Shown: positions 49,701 through 60,088 of the stretch, piece after piece
How positions within the stretch are numbered: position 1 is the first letter of the stretch
Layout: each line of letters opens with the position of its first letter
Origin: Patescibacteria group bacterium
Lineage (GTDB): Bacteria > Patescibacteriota > Microgenomatia > UBA12405
Assembly (NCBI GenBank): GCA_013387215.1
Contig: WARW01000001.1
Span: 119,301 to 183,300, forward strand
Length of the DNA: 64,000 bases
Direction of reading: 5' to 3'
The notes under the pieces: model-generated
The model's database searches: none
What the model saw: the letters and a program-made list of their open reading frames with translations, nothing else
What the model was told of the DNA's origin: nothing
Made by a program: the position numbers and the translations under genes

Positions 49701-49874
49701 TTGCATATTTATCACTTTAGGTGTAAGATTCTGGCAAAAATATAATTAACTCAGTTTCGCACTGAACATTAATTATCTTTGTTCTTTAACAACTAGATCT
49801 TTTGAAAATAAGAGGTTAACCCCTCATTATATAAATAATCATATAAAAATAAAGGGAAAAGAAGGGTGATTTTT
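49701..49874 (+). promoter_or_regulatory. Promoter, hairpin, boxA-like motif and leader arm (homologous to 56655-56835)
   Basis: TTGCAT-17-TAAGAT; TCAGT-TTCGC-ACTGA; TGTTCTTTAACAA; AGATCTTTTGAAAAT. Confidence 0.75.
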
Positions 49875-51998
49875 GTGAAGAGAATTATAATTTATCTTAC
49901 TATTGTGTGTCTCTTGATACTTTCAATGGCTAACACTTGCTATGGCATTGTCCTTAAGAAACCGGTTCCAGCTCCCATTTATAAGATTTACGGTTTAGAT
50001 TATTCCCCTTATATTGGAGCTAATCAAAGTCCAGGAAACAGTATTAGTGAAGACCAGATCAGAAAAACTCTGATGCAGATCAAGCCATATACGACTTGGA
50101 TTCGAACTTATGGCTGCACAGATAGTTTAGCCAATGTTGGTAAAATAGCCCATAGTTATGGACTAAAAACTGCTATTGGCGCTTGGTTGAGTAAGGATTT
50201 GGTTGCAAATGACAAAGAAATTGCCAATTTGATTAAAATTGCCAAAGCAGGACAAGCCGATCTTTTGATTGTTGGTAGCGAAACTTTGTATCGTCATGAC
50301 CTGACTGAAACTCAATTGGTTCAGTACATTAATAAGGTCAAAAACGAAGTACCAAAGATTCAAGTTGCTACGTCTGATACGGCTAATATGTTTATTCTGT
50401 ATCCATCAATCATAAATTCTATCGACAGTGTTCTTGCTAATATTTATCCTTATTGGGATGGTCAGGACATAAATAATGCTATGACTTCTCTAAACTCCCA
50501 ATATGTGCAGCTAAAAAAAATTGCTAAAGACAAAAAGGTTATTATTTCAGAAACAGGCTGGCCAAGTTCAGGTAACACTATTAACAAAGCTGTTCCTTCC
50601 GTGGAAAACGCAGCATTTTATTTCAAGAATTTCATTTCTTGGGCTAAAGCTACCAAAACCCAATATTTTTATTTTGAAGCCTTTGATGAACCCTGGAAGG
50701 GAACACCTCAGGCTCCTCAAGAAGCTCATTGGGGTATTTGGGATAACAACCTAAAGATGAAGTCCAAAATGATTGATGTTTTTCAAGGAAAAACCATCAA
50801 AAATAATTGGACTACTCCTAATCAAAAGTCGGTTTCCTTACCTGATCTAACCTTAGACAGTATTGCTTCCAATAGATATCTTGGCTCTTATGGAGATGCA
50901 AGCATATCAAGCAAGACAACCAGCAATTTTACCCTTACTTTAGGTAAAGATGTTAATACATGGGGTTCAGTTGCGGTTGATGTTGGTACTTGGGTAGGTG
51001 AGAAAGCTCTAGATTTATCTGGTTATAAGTATGCCATTATTCGTGCCAAAGGTGCCAAAGGTGGCGAGAAGTTTAGATTTGGTCTAGGTGTTGGTCCGAC
51101 AGATTATTTGTACGATAAAGGTTTAACTACTAATTGGCAAAACATAGTTATTGATCTTTCAGTTAGTATAAGAAACCTTAAGGATGTCAAACAGATTGGA
51201 TTTGAAATTGGTAGTCAATGGACAGGTAATAAAGTAGGGACAAAAATTTATATCGACGGTATAACGTTTAGTACTTCTAAAACACTAAAACCTGTACCTA
51301 CACCAACCCCGAAACCGACAATGACACCCAGTCCGACTCCGAGGCCTACGGCTACACCAAGCCCAACACCAAGTCCGACTCCTGTTCCAACCCCCAGTCC
51401 TACGCCCGTTACTACACCTAGCCCTACACCAACCCCGAAACCGACAATGACACCCAGTCCGACTCCGAGGCCTACGGCTACACCAAGCCCAACACCAAGT
51501 CCGACTCCGAGGCCTACGGCTACACCAAGCCCAACACCAAGTCCGACTCCTGTTCCGCTTCCAGATCTTCCAATATCAAGCATCACAGGCAACAGTTTTT
51601 GTTCCTATGGTGACGCTGGTTTATCCGATTATGCTAGTAATAGCTCTTTCGCAATAAACTTGCTCAGAAACACTGATACTTGGGGTTCGGTTGCAGTCAA
51701 TGTTGGTACTGGTGCTAATGTAACTGCTTTAGACCTATCTGGCTACAAGTATGCGATTATTCGTGTCAAAGGTGCTGTCGGAGGCGAAAAATTCAGATTT
51801 GGTCTGGGTTATGGTCCTACTGACTTTTATTACAATCAAGGTTTAACAACAGATTGGCAGGATATCAAAATTGATATAAGCAATTTTTCAAGAAACTTGA
51901 AAGATGTTAAGCAGATCGGTTTTGAAATAGGCAGTCAGTGGACTGGTAATGCTGTTGGGACCAAAATATATATTGGTGGAATAAAATTCACCGATTAA
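49875..51998 (+). CDS. Secreted GH17 beta-1,3-glucanase-like protein with two CBM-like domains and PT linker
   Basis: [34 protein letters not shown]; two '[10 protein letters not shown]...TxWQ' domains. Confidence 0.88.
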   Translation: MKRIIIYLTIVCLLILSMANTCYGIVLKKPVPAPIYKIYGLDYSPYIGANQSPGNSISEDQIRKTLMQIKPYTTWIRTYGCTDSLANVGKIAHSYGLKTAIGAWLSKDLVANDKEIANLIKIAKAGQADLLIVGSETLYRHDLTETQLVQYINKVKNEVPKIQVATSDTANMFILYPSIINSIDSVLANIYPYWDGQDINNAMTSLNSQYVQLKKIAKDKKVIISETGWPSSGNTINKAVPSVENAAFYFKNFISWAKATKTQYFYFEAFDEPWKGTPQAPQEAHWGIWDNNLKMKSKMIDVFQGKTIKNNWTTPNQKSVSLPDLTLDSIASNRYLGSYGDASISSKTTSNFTLTLGKDVNTWGSVAVDVGTWVGEKALDLSGYKYAIIRAKGAKGGEKFRFGLGVGPTDYLYDKGLTTNWQNIVIDLSVSIRNLKDVKQIGFEIGSQWTGNKVGTKIYIDGITFSTSKTLKPVPTPTPKPTMTPSPTPRPTATPSPTPSPTPVPTPSPTPVTTPSPTPTPKPTMTPSPTPRPTATPSPTPSPTPRPTATPSPTPSPTPVPLPDLPISSITGNSFCSYGDAGLSDYASNSSFAINLLRNTDTWGSVAVNVGTGANVTALDLSGYKYAIIRVKGAVGGEKFRFGLGYGPTDFYYNQGLTTDWQDIKIDISNFSRNLKDVKQIGFEIGSQWTGNAVGTKIYIGGIKFTD
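51291..51556 (+). repeat. Tandemly duplicated Pro/Thr linker DNA
   Basis: Block starting CCTACACCAACCCCGAAACCG at 51297 recurs at 51423, plus a shorter re-duplication. Confidence 0.85.
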
Positions 51999-52019
51999 TT
52001 TTCAAAAGATCTCAGGTTG

Positions 52020-52070
52020 ATACCGCTGGTTTACACAGTAATGTGTACATAAATCCAGCGGTATTTTTTT
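52020..52070 (+). terminator. Compound terminator
   Basis: ATACCGCTGG...inner ACAC/GTGT hairpin...CCAGCGGTAT + T run. Confidence 0.85.
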
Positions 52071-52131
52071 AAAATCTTTTCTTACATTTTTCTTTAAACA
52101 ATCTCATAATTAGAAGTTATCTTAAAAAGAT

Positions 52132-52467
52132 ATGGCCCAAGAAATTAAATTAATTGTTTATCCCGTTAAAGACATAGAAACTGCCAAGAAATTTTATTCA
52201 AAATTCTTAGGAGTTGATCCTTATGTTGACGGTCTTTATTATGTCGGATTCAGAATAGGTGATCAGGAAATAGGTTTGGATCCAAACTCCATATCTCCCA
52301 CACCTATTGGGTACATAAACGTTGAAAATATAAGCACTTATTTGCAAGACATGGTGGATGCTGGAGCCCAAATTGTGGAAGACATAAAAGACGTTGGACA
52401 AGGATTACAGGTTGCTCAAATAAAAGATGCCGATGGCAACATTTTAGGTCTCAGGCAATTTCCTTAA
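52132..52467 (+). CDS. VOC/glyoxalase family protein
   Basis: PVKDIETAKKFY...DADGNILGL. Confidence 0.9.
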   Translation: MAQEIKLIVYPVKDIETAKKFYSKFLGVDPYVDGLYYVGFRIGDQEIGLDPNSISPTPIGYINVENISTYLQDMVDAGAQIVEDIKDVGQGLQVAQIKDADGNILGLRQFP

Positions 52468-52547
52468 TCATTTAACTTTTTAATAGCCCCAAGGTGTTTT
52501 TTTCTTATTTCCATTGATCCCTTTGCCATAATTAGTTATCATAAATT

Positions 52548-53003
52548 ATGAACTTGAAAGTGCTTGTGGGCAGCGGAGAAAAAATCGGACGGCTTGTTTT
52601 GCCGTTTTTAATAATTGGTTTGGTTTTGAATATTCTAGATCCTTCTTTGTTCAGCGTTGGTGGTCCCTCAATGGTTTTAAAAACAGTTTCAATTATTGTT
52701 TTGATTCCGGGAATAATAAATTGGGCTTGGTCAGTAATTTTAATCTTAACCAAAATACCTCAAAAAAAACTCATCACCACTGGTCCTTATTCCTTAGCTA
52801 AACATCCTTTATACACTGGTGTCGCCTTGCTAGTCCTGCCTTGGGTGGGATTTCTTCTTAACACCTGCTTGGGTGTCTTAATTGGCATCATTGTTTATAT
52901 TGGTTCAAGAATATATTCGCCTGAAGAAGAAAAAATATTGTCAAAAACTTTTAGCAATTCCTGGAATCAATATTGTAAAAAAGTGAAAATACCGTGGCTG
53001 TAA
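52548..53003 (+). CDS. ICMT/PEMT-family membrane methyltransferase
   Basis: LITTGPYSLAKHPLY, EEEKIL...Y.KKV. Confidence 0.85.
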   Translation: MNLKVLVGSGEKIGRLVLPFLIIGLVLNILDPSLFSVGGPSMVLKTVSIIVLIPGIINWAWSVILILTKIPQKKLITTGPYSLAKHPLYTGVALLVLPWVGFLLNTCLGVLIGIIVYIGSRIYSPEEEKILSKTFSNSWNQYCKKVKIPWL

Positions 53004-53139
53004 ATAAACATCTAATAATATAAAAAGACACCTTAGGATTTGGTACTTTGTTTGCGTTTCCTCTTCTCGTTGCTTGGCAAATAAATAAAATAAACACGTA
53101 TCTTGTTGATAAATAATCAATAAAAATATATCATTAAGT

Positions 53140-53370
53140 ATGACTAAAGAACAAAATACTTCAGAATGCTGCGGTGGAAATAAAAAACATACTTATCATC
53201 ATTATAATCATGGCAGTTCAGACGCCATTTATGGGCTGGGTATCATTGGCTCTTTATTTTATTTTTTGCAGGGCGCCACTACTTTTACAGCGGTAATCAT
53301 TGGTATTGGAAAAGCAATTTTTTGGCCAGCTTTCTTAATATTCAGAGTACTCACAATTCTGCATCTCTAA
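53140..53370 (+). CDS. Small membrane protein
   Basis: YGLGIIG...KAIFWPA hydrophobic hairpin. Confidence 0.65.
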   Translation: MTKEQNTSECCGGNKKHTYHHYNHGSSDAIYGLGIIGSLFYFLQGATTFTAVIIGIGKAIFWPAFLIFRVLTILHL

Positions 53371-53413
53371 ATTTATCTTAAGATTTTTTCCAAATACGCC
53401 TTACAATTAAAAA

Positions 53414-53986
53414 ATGTGCGACCAATACGCTTTCCATCCAAGCCCAGATTTTTATTCCCGATTTTCTTTAAATAATAAACTGCCGGCTCTTTTAAGTGTT
53501 AACAAAGCCGCTCCAGACAGTTTTATGCCAATTATTTTTTGGGAAAATGGCTCAAAAATAGATATTATGAGGTGGGGATTTGTACCTCAATGGGCAAAAA
53601 ATCTGGATTTTGGCACCAGATTGTTTAATGCCAAAGCTGAAACTGTTTTGGAAAACAAAGCCTATTGTGGTTCATTCAATTCTTGCCGTTGCCTTATTCC
53701 GGTAAATAACTTTTCTTTTTCTAAAAGCAATCGGTCTTTTAAGCTCAAATACGAATCTATGTTTTGTCTGGCTGGTCTTTATTCGCTTTGGGAATCGCCC
53801 GATGGCAGCTTTTTGCCCACCTTCACGATTTTGACCACTCATTCTAATTATTTGATTCGGCCTTTTTCCGACCGTATGCCAATTGTTATTTCTAAAAAAG
53901 ATGAAAGGCTTTGGCTCAACCCCATAGCACCGTCTGGAAAGTTATTTCCCTTAATGCGGCCTTATTCTTTGGAACTAATGATCTAA
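53414..53986 (+). CDS. SRAP/YedK family protein (divergent)
   Basis: MC start, MRWGFVP.W, FNAKAET, RCLIP, DRMP. Confidence 0.85.
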   Translation: MCDQYAFHPSPDFYSRFSLNNKLPALLSVNKAAPDSFMPIIFWENGSKIDIMRWGFVPQWAKNLDFGTRLFNAKAETVLENKAYCGSFNSCRCLIPVNNFSFSKSNRSFKLKYESMFCLAGLYSLWESPDGSFLPTFTILTTHSNYLIRPFSDRMPIVISKKDERLWLNPIAPSGKLFPLMRPYSLELMI

Positions 53987-54050
53987 AATTCATTTTATAA
54001 ATTATTTATCAACCAATTGAATTTTGCCCTTAATTAAGTAAAATTTATAC

Positions 54051-54740
54051 ATGGAATATATAAATAATATAATCAGCGATAATGTCACTGATGAACCTAC
54101 TATTCCTCAACCAGTTCAGCCAATAATTACTCCGCCAAATAACCCGCAGCCAATTTTGGAACAACCACCGATCATCCCTCAGAATAACAAAAATAAAAAC
54201 ACAAAATTTTATATTATTTCCGGTGTTTTGGTTTTATTTTTATTAACGCTTTGCTATCTATTAGCTTTTCAATCTAAAAGAATCACCAGCCTGCTTCCCC
54301 AAAAGAAAACAACTCCTGTTCCAATTCCGACTGTTACTGTTGTCAAAACTACTCCTACTGCTAGTTCTAAAGATGCTTATTTAAAAATGAAAGCAGAAGA
54401 AGACCATCTTAATACTTTTGATGAATATTTAGTTTTTTTGAATAAATACGGCACCAAAGAAAAAAATGAAGAAGTAAATAAAGGTTTGGGTCAAATAAAT
54501 TTACTGCCTACTGGTTTTAAAGAGCAATTGATGAGTATGGTTAAATCAGGATCGCCTTTACTGAAAGACATCACTAATGTGGATGAAAAAGTTGAAGATA
54601 ATGTTTCCCTCTTAAAAATTACCAGCAATAACCCGCAACTTCAAGGAACCGTCAAACTTATTCTTGAAAACGGAATCTGGAAACTTGATAGTGAGGTTTG
54701 GGATCAATCACTAAAACCAAGTCCAAGTGTCACACCATAA
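54051..54740 (+). CDS. Single-TM hypothetical protein
   Basis: P/Q-rich N-terminus, TM, 'LILENGIWKL' NTF2-like end. Confidence 0.6.
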   Translation: MEYINNIISDNVTDEPTIPQPVQPIITPPNNPQPILEQPPIIPQNNKNKNTKFYIISGVLVLFLLTLCYLLAFQSKRITSLLPQKKTTPVPIPTVTVVKTTPTASSKDAYLKMKAEEDHLNTFDEYLVFLNKYGTKEKNEEVNKGLGQINLLPTGFKEQLMSMVKSGSPLLKDITNVDEKVEDNVSLLKITSNNPQLQGTVKLILENGIWKLDSEVWDQSLKPSPSVTP

Positions 54741-54763
54741 TCCAAGTCAGCTACAATATTGAA

Positions 54764-55072
54764 ATGATAAATTCTTGTAAAGCCTGTGGAAAATGCTGCA
54801 AATTATTTTTAATAAATCTCTCTCAAAAAGAATATCGATCAAAAGAATATCAAACCATGTTCCAAGAATACGGTTTTATTGATGATTTCTCTAAAGCCAG
54901 AAAATGCGGAGCTAATTTTTTAGCCAAAAATATCGATGAAAGTTGTATTTATTTAAAAGATAATAAATGTAGTATTCATCAATCTCGTCCTCAAGTTTGC
55001 CGTCATTTCTTTTGCACTTCAAAATCTAAAAAATTTGCCGGTATGATCCAAATCATTAAATCTAGTCTTTAA
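54764..55072 (+). CDS. YkgJ-family cysteine-cluster protein
   Basis: CKACGKCC...CIYL...CSIH.SRP.VCR.F.C. Confidence 0.88.
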   Translation: MINSCKACGKCCKLFLINLSQKEYRSKEYQTMFQEYGFIDDFSKARKCGANFLAKNIDESCIYLKDNKCSIHQSRPQVCRHFFCTSKSKKFAGMIQIIKSSL

Positions 55073-55133
55073 ATATTTTTAAGCACCAAAAATCCCCTCA
55101 AAAGAGGGGATTAATTGAAGTTTTAAAAACAAA

Positions 55134-55457
55134 TTAGAATCTGTTTCCGCCGCCGAAACCACCGCGGTTGCCGCCATTAGAGTAATTATCTCTTCGTGGA
55201 GGTCTTTCTTCCATTGGTCTGGCTTCATTAACCTTGACGGTACGACCCTCAAGTTCTTTTTCGTTCCACATCTCAATTCCAGCATTTGCTTCTTCGTCAG
55301 TTGACATTTCTACAAATCCGAAACCTTTTGATCGACCGGAAAATTTATCTTTAATAACTATTGCTGATACAACTGTACCAACTTGAGCGAACGCTGCTCT
55401 TAAACCTTCATCAGTGGTTTGAAAAGACAAGCCGCCGACATACAACTTTTTTGCCAT
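55134..55457 (-). CDS. RRM RNA-binding protein
   Basis: LYVGGL (RNP2), KGFGFVEM (RNP1), Gly-rich tail; hairpin terminator at about 55092-55111. Confidence 0.95.
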   Translation of the reverse strand: MAKKLYVGGLSFQTTDEGLRAAFAQVGTVVSAIVIKDKFSGRSKGFGFVEMSTDEEANAGIEMWNEKELEGRTVKVNEARPMEERPPRRDNYSNGGNRGGFGGGNRF

Positions 55458-55641
55458 TATTTTGCAAACTTATAAATGTAGCGACCTCTCTTTACATCAA
55501 AAATCTCTACATCGCTATTATACAGCACATATTAATTTATAGTTAATGATTCGTTTTGCCGACACTAATAAAGTCAAAAGCCGATTCATTCATTAAATCG
55601 TTGCTTATCTAAATTTATTTAAGCTCAATTTATACCTAAGT

Positions 55642-55827
55642 TTGACATTAATTTTATCGTTTAGTAAAATCACACACTTTTAAAATAAACTAAAGCGTTT
55701 ATTTAAAAAGAATTTGTACCTTAAAAAAGAAAGAGAGCTGCCAAAATAGGTATTATCCTTTGTGTATTTCATACACCTTGGTATTGCCTATTTTGGTGAT
55801 AAAAATAAATTGATTGGAGGATTTTTT
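55642..55827 (+). promoter_or_regulatory. Promoter, hairpin, boxA-like motif, leader arm and long hairpin
   Basis: TTGACA-17-TAAAAT; hairpin 55677-55710; TGTACCTTAAAAA; hairpin 55739-55798; SD GGAGG. Confidence 0.7.
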
Positions 55828-56280
55828 ATGAGTAACTTGTTAAAAGTAGCTATTGGTATTGTGGCAACTGTGCTTCTTGGTTTCTTCTTTTTTTGGTTAT
55901 TGTGTTTGAATCATGTCAGCGTCAATCACATTGGTATTGCCTATGACTCTGGAAATGGCACTATAACTATACAAAAGAAACCTGGTTGGTATTTAACCTC
56001 GCCGATGGTAAGAACAACTTGTTTAAGCACTGTCCCAATGAAAGTCACCATTCCCTCAGAAGCCCAAGTAATCATTTCTAAAGTTGTTCGGTTTAAACCA
56101 GAAGGTGTCGATGAATATATTCGGCTTCAAGGTTTTTATTACAACATGGATTCAAGCCTAAATAGCGTATTACTTGGCTATGCTTTTTCCGGAAAAGACT
56201 ATCCTTTCCTAGAAATAATGCAGGAAGCTGCTCCTGAAAATATTAATGTGGACCCGCTTTATAAGGTAAAAGGTAACTGA
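55828..56280 (+). CDS. Membrane protein with SPFH-like N-terminal region
   Basis: TM then 'V...HIGI..D...G.......PGWY..SP'; SD GGAGG before ATG 55828. Confidence 0.6.
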   Translation: MSNLLKVAIGIVATVLLGFFFFWLLCLNHVSVNHIGIAYDSGNGTITIQKKPGWYLTSPMVRTTCLSTVPMKVTIPSEAQVIISKVVRFKPEGVDEYIRLQGFYYNMDSSLNSVLLGYAFSGKDYPFLEIMQEAAPENINVDPLYKVKGN

Positions 56281-56282
56281 TT

Positions 56283-56546
56283 ATGAAAAAGTATTTGATT
56301 TTAAATCGATGGAAACTATCGGTTGTTACAATTTGCACTTTAATAATTATTGTAATTTTATTTAATAAGGCTTGGATTGTGAATCTTGTTTGGATGAATG
56401 CTGCCGCAATTGGCCATACTTTTCACCAACAAGGTCCTCACACTTCAATTGCTATTTTGATAGTAGCTTTTTACATTTTCATTATTTGGAACCTGTTCTG
56501 GAAAATTTATTCTCTTATCGCCCGGATTAAACCATTTATTAGCTGA
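56283..56546 (+). CDS. Small 2-TM protein
   Basis: Starts 2 nt after the upstream stop. Confidence 0.6.
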   Translation: MKKYLILNRWKLSVVTICTLIIIVILFNKAWIVNLVWMNAAAIGHTFHQQGPHTSIAILIVAFYIFIIWNLFWKIYSLIARIKPFIS

Positions 56547-56565
56547 CTCTCTTTTTTTTATTATT

Positions 56566-56617
56566 GACCTATCAAAGCTTGGTTTTTAGCCAATCCATTT
56601 GATGGGTCTTTTTTTTT
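56566..56617 (+). terminator. Compound terminator
   Basis: GACCTATCAAA...TTGG/CCAA...TTTGATGGGTC + T9. Confidence 0.8.
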
Positions 56618-56654
56618 ATATAAAAATAAAAAAACTTCACAAACTTCCAAAAAT

Positions 56655-56835
56655 TTGCATATTTACGACTTCGGGTGTAATATCCTGGCAAAACAATAAT
56701 TAGTTCAGTTTTTGCACTGAAATTTAACTATTGGTACTTTAACAACTAAAGATCTTTTGAACTCAAAAATATGAGGTTTAGCCTCTTTATATATAGCTCC
56801 AAATAAAAATAATATAAAAGGGATAGGTGATTTGT
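56655..56835 (+). promoter_or_regulatory. Promoter, hairpin, boxA-like motif and leader arm (homologous to 49701-49874)
   Basis: TTGCAT-17-TAATAT; TTCAGT/ACTGAA; GGTACTTTAACAA; AACTAAAGATCTTTTGAA. Confidence 0.75.
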
Positions 56836-58875
56836 ATGAAAAAGCTAAGTTTTATCTTAGTTGTTTTCCTTATTCTGTCATTTTTGGCCCCGTCCAGTTT
56901 TGCTGCCACCAAAACTACTGATTCAACAGTAATTAAGTTCGCCAGCAAAGTCTTGGAAAAAGCAGTCAGAGAAGAAATCAAAAAACCAACAGGAAATATC
57001 TTTAAAAAAGATGTTTTATCTATTAAAAGTTTAGAAATAAACTTTACTCCAATTGGAAAAATAGATGGCATCGAAAATCTCCAAAATTTAGTTTATCTTC
57101 ATCTTGAAAATGGTGAAATAAGAGACATTAGTCCGCTTAAATCATTAAAAAAACTTGAAGATCTTGACTTGTGGGATAACTATATTACCGATCTTACCCC
57201 ATTATTAGGATTAACTAAATTAACAAGCTTGGAACTTAACGATAATTATTTTTGCGACCTTACTCCGCTTAAAGGCTTGATAAATCTTACTCATCTTTAC
57301 TTGGTAAACAGTAGATCTGGTAATAAAATCTCAGATATTACTCCACTTTCCAACCTGAAGAATATAATTTCAATTGCCTTGGCTTGTAATAATGTAAGTA
57401 ACGTTGAGCCCTTAAGTAAGCTTCCCAAGATTCAAGAATTGTATCTACATCACAATCAAATCCAAAATGTAGCACCGCTTGGTAAAATAAAAACCTTGCA
57501 GATATTATATTTGGAAGATAACCCGATCACAGACTATAAACCATTAAAAGCTATTTACAGTAAGCTCTACAAAAAAGATTTTACTTTAAACAGTCCGGTT
57601 GCAACTCCAAAACCAAGTTCCACTCCAGACTCTACTCCAACGCCAGAAATTACTCCGACTCCTGGACCTTCATTAATTCCAACTCGGATTTTGGATCCAA
57701 CCAAAGTAATCACATTTCCCGACAAAAATTTTGAGCAAACCATCAGAAAAGCGATCAACAAACCTACAGGAGATATCCTTAAAAAGGATATTTTTTCCAT
57801 CACTCAGCTTTATGGATGGAGTGGAATAAAAAGTATTGAAGGGATTCAAAATCTCGAGAATTTGACTACTATTGAAATTCTTGACGGTCAAATTTCCGAC
57901 TTAACTCCTTTAAAATCGCTCAAACATTTAACCCGTCTCAATCTTTGGAACCAGCGTATTACAGACATTAGTCCACTAGCCAGTATACCCACTCTTGAAG
58001 AGCTTATTCTTAGTGATAACTACTTTTTTGACCTTAGTCCCTTAAAAGGCTTGGTTAATTTAAAAAAACTTTCTATTTTTTACAGCCGGATTGGCGCTGG
58101 ATTGTCAGATATTTCTCCAATATCATCTTTGACAAATCTTGAAACCTTGTCCTTAGCTGATAATGTCATCACCGATTTAAGCCCTTTAAGTAAATTGCCC
58201 AAAATACGGGAACTATATTTAATGAATAATAAAATCAGCAATGTTGAGCCATTGAGTAATCTCAAAACTTTAAAAGTTTTATATCTTAAAGATAATCCGG
58301 TTGTTAGCTTTGCACCTCTAAAAAATATGTTTAGTCAATTAATCGATAAAGATTTTACTCTATCAAGTCCAACGTTTTCGCCTCCAGTTGCTATTAACTA
58401 TTCCAGCACTGATCTGCTTATGGCTGATATCTCCAAATATGGCTTTTGTCATTATGGCGATGCTGTCATAGCAGATGAGAAAAGTAACAGCCAGTTTACT
58501 ATGATTTTAAAGAAGAATGATGATACCTGGGGTTCGATTGCTAGGGATATTGGTGAAGGTCCGGGTGGAAAAAATATGGATTTATCCATGTATAAATATG
58601 TAATTCTTCACATGAAAGGCCTAAAAGGTGGCGAAGAGTTCATGTTTGGTTTTGGCTATGGGCCGACAGATTATTATTATAGTCAGGGTTTAACTACTGA
58701 TTGGCAGGACATTGTTATAGACATTTCTAATAACAAAAGTCTTAAAAGTGCTTATCAATTTGGGTTTGAAATTGGAACTCAATGGACAAATAATGAAGTC
58801 GGTGCGACTATTTTTATTGACGGCATCAAATTTTCCAATCAGTTGCCAACTGGACCCTACACCACCCCTAAATAG
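56836..58875 (+). CDS. Secreted internalin-like LRR protein with C-terminal CBM-like domain
   Basis: Signal peptide; two capped LRR blocks (ISDLTPLxxLxxLxxLxLxxN); last domain homologous to the GH17 CBM-like domains. Confidence 0.9.
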   Translation: MKKLSFILVVFLILSFLAPSSFAATKTTDSTVIKFASKVLEKAVREEIKKPTGNIFKKDVLSIKSLEINFTPIGKIDGIENLQNLVYLHLENGEIRDISPLKSLKKLEDLDLWDNYITDLTPLLGLTKLTSLELNDNYFCDLTPLKGLINLTHLYLVNSRSGNKISDITPLSNLKNIISIALACNNVSNVEPLSKLPKIQELYLHHNQIQNVAPLGKIKTLQILYLEDNPITDYKPLKAIYSKLYKKDFTLNSPVATPKPSSTPDSTPTPEITPTPGPSLIPTRILDPTKVITFPDKNFEQTIRKAINKPTGDILKKDIFSITQLYGWSGIKSIEGIQNLENLTTIEILDGQISDLTPLKSLKHLTRLNLWNQRITDISPLASIPTLEELILSDNYFFDLSPLKGLVNLKKLSIFYSRIGAGLSDISPISSLTNLETLSLADNVITDLSPLSKLPKIRELYLMNNKISNVEPLSNLKTLKVLYLKDNPVVSFAPLKNMFSQLIDKDFTLSSPTFSPPVAINYSSTDLLMADISKYGFCHYGDAVIADEKSNSQFTMILKKNDDTWGSIARDIGEGPGGKNMDLSMYKYVILHMKGLKGGEEFMFGFGYGPTDYYYSQGLTTDWQDIVIDISNNKSLKSAYQFGFEIGTQWTNNEVGATIFIDGIKFSNQLPTGPYTTPK

Positions 58876-58896
58876 TTTTCAAAAGATCTTTGGTTT

Positions 58897-58945
58897 ATAC
58901 CGTGGGTTGACACTTTTGTGTTAATAAATCCCACGGTATTTTTTT
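58897..58945 (+). terminator. Compound terminator
   Basis: ATACCGTGGG...inner hairpin...CCCACGGTAT + T run. Confidence 0.85.
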
Positions 58946-59001
58946 ATCTCTCCCGCAATTAATTGATTGCATTTACAATCTTTTAATTTTTGGGAGAGAT
59001 A
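58939..59001 (-). terminator. Compound terminator of the minus-strand gene
   Basis: TATCTCTCCC...GGGAGAGATA with inner GATTG/CAATC stem. Confidence 0.65.
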
Positions 59002-59010
59002 ACCTTTTAG

Positions 59011-59763
59011 CTAACGTCTTTCCGTTAATAAATCGCTGTGATTAGTTTTTGGATGTGTTGGTAATGGCGGTTCTGGTTGTTCAAAGGTAATCCATGTACC
59101 ATCAATTAGCCATGTTCTCGGTGCCTTGTAATATGGAGTATAGAGATCTTTTTTTGTTCCCGGACTGGCTTGATTTAGCCACCAATCAGGATAATTTACT
59201 GGTTCTCCTTCCAAACCGGATGGATCAATTTTTGATACTTCTACATTTTCCAGTCGCCAATTTAAAATCTTATCATCATCAGATACCATGCCCCATCGCT
59301 TTGCCGTAATCCAACTGACTTCCACAATTTCTTTACGATATTTAATTATCGGCATAATATCTCCATGCGACGCGCAATCTACTACCAAAAATGGTCCCTC
59401 CCATATTCCATCGGGCTTTTTTAGCCATACTTTTAATCCAATGTCTGCAGGTGACATTAATGCCACCCCGTCTATATATCCGTCTAGAGACAAGCCTCGA
59501 ATTTTTGCATTAGCCGACATTGCCCCTGGTCCATAAAATACTGCATTTCCATATGCCCAAATGGGAGCTGGAGCAAACCATGAATTTACTGACGGATAAA
59601 ACGGTATCCATACTAATTTTCTCCACCAATATCCATTAGTAACATCTCCGTCTTTACACTTTGGATCAAATTGTTCAACGCATCCTCCACCCGTATTTAA
59701 GGTTGCTGAGCTTGGAACAAAAAGTGTTACAGCCAAAATCAAACCTGCCGTTTTTCTAAACAT
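59011..59763 (-). CDS. Secreted protein with possible DPBB (RlpA/3D-like) domain
   Basis: SD GGAGGG before MFRK; 'G.AVFY...VAL...G.KVWL...GPFLVVDC'. Confidence 0.55.
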   Translation of the reverse strand: MFRKTAGLILAVTLFVPSSATLNTGGGCVEQFDPKCKDGDVTNGYWWRKLVWIPFYPSVNSWFAPAPIWAYGNAVFYGPGAMSANAKIRGLSLDGYIDGVALMSPADIGLKVWLKKPDGIWEGPFLVVDCASHGDIMPIIKYRKEIVEVSWITAKRWGMVSDDDKILNWRLENVEVSKIDPSGLEGEPVNYPDWWLNQASPGTKKDLYTPYYKAPRTWLIDGTWITFEQPEPPLPTHPKTNHSDLLTERR

Positions 59764-60088
59764 TCTACCCTCCATTCTGTAAAGGTTCTTAGTCGGCAAC
59801 AATTTGCAGACTAACCGAGCATAAAAAATGTTTATTAAAAATCAATAAGTTCTTCTTAATAAATGTGTATATGAATAAAACGGTATTTTTTTTGTAAAAA
59901 TTATTATCTTGCAAAGATAGGGCATAATTAGTAAACTTGGGCGTGATTAATAATACAGATGCCGGTCCTAGCTCAAGTATTCTGTTTTATCTTTCGCAGG
60001 CTCATTAAAATTGCGGAAAAGGTATCTAAATTAAAAGGGGGTCAATACACCAGGTCAATTTAAAACACTAAAGAAAGGTGTGTTGACG

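Noticed and set aside
51248-51592. Gly-Val repeat ORF on the minus strand
   Set aside because: Antisense shadow of the GH17 Pro/Thr linker
49795-52012. Flanking inverted repeats as IS/MITE ends or invertible DNA
   Set aside because: No transposase or target duplication seen; arm sequences differ between loci and include sense-strand G-U pairs and bulges, favouring RNA pairing (not fully excluded)
50830-58850. Three copies of the CBM-like domain as a possible DGR template/variable repeat set
   Set aside because: Differences are not adenine-specific, all copies are coding, and no reverse transcriptase is in the window
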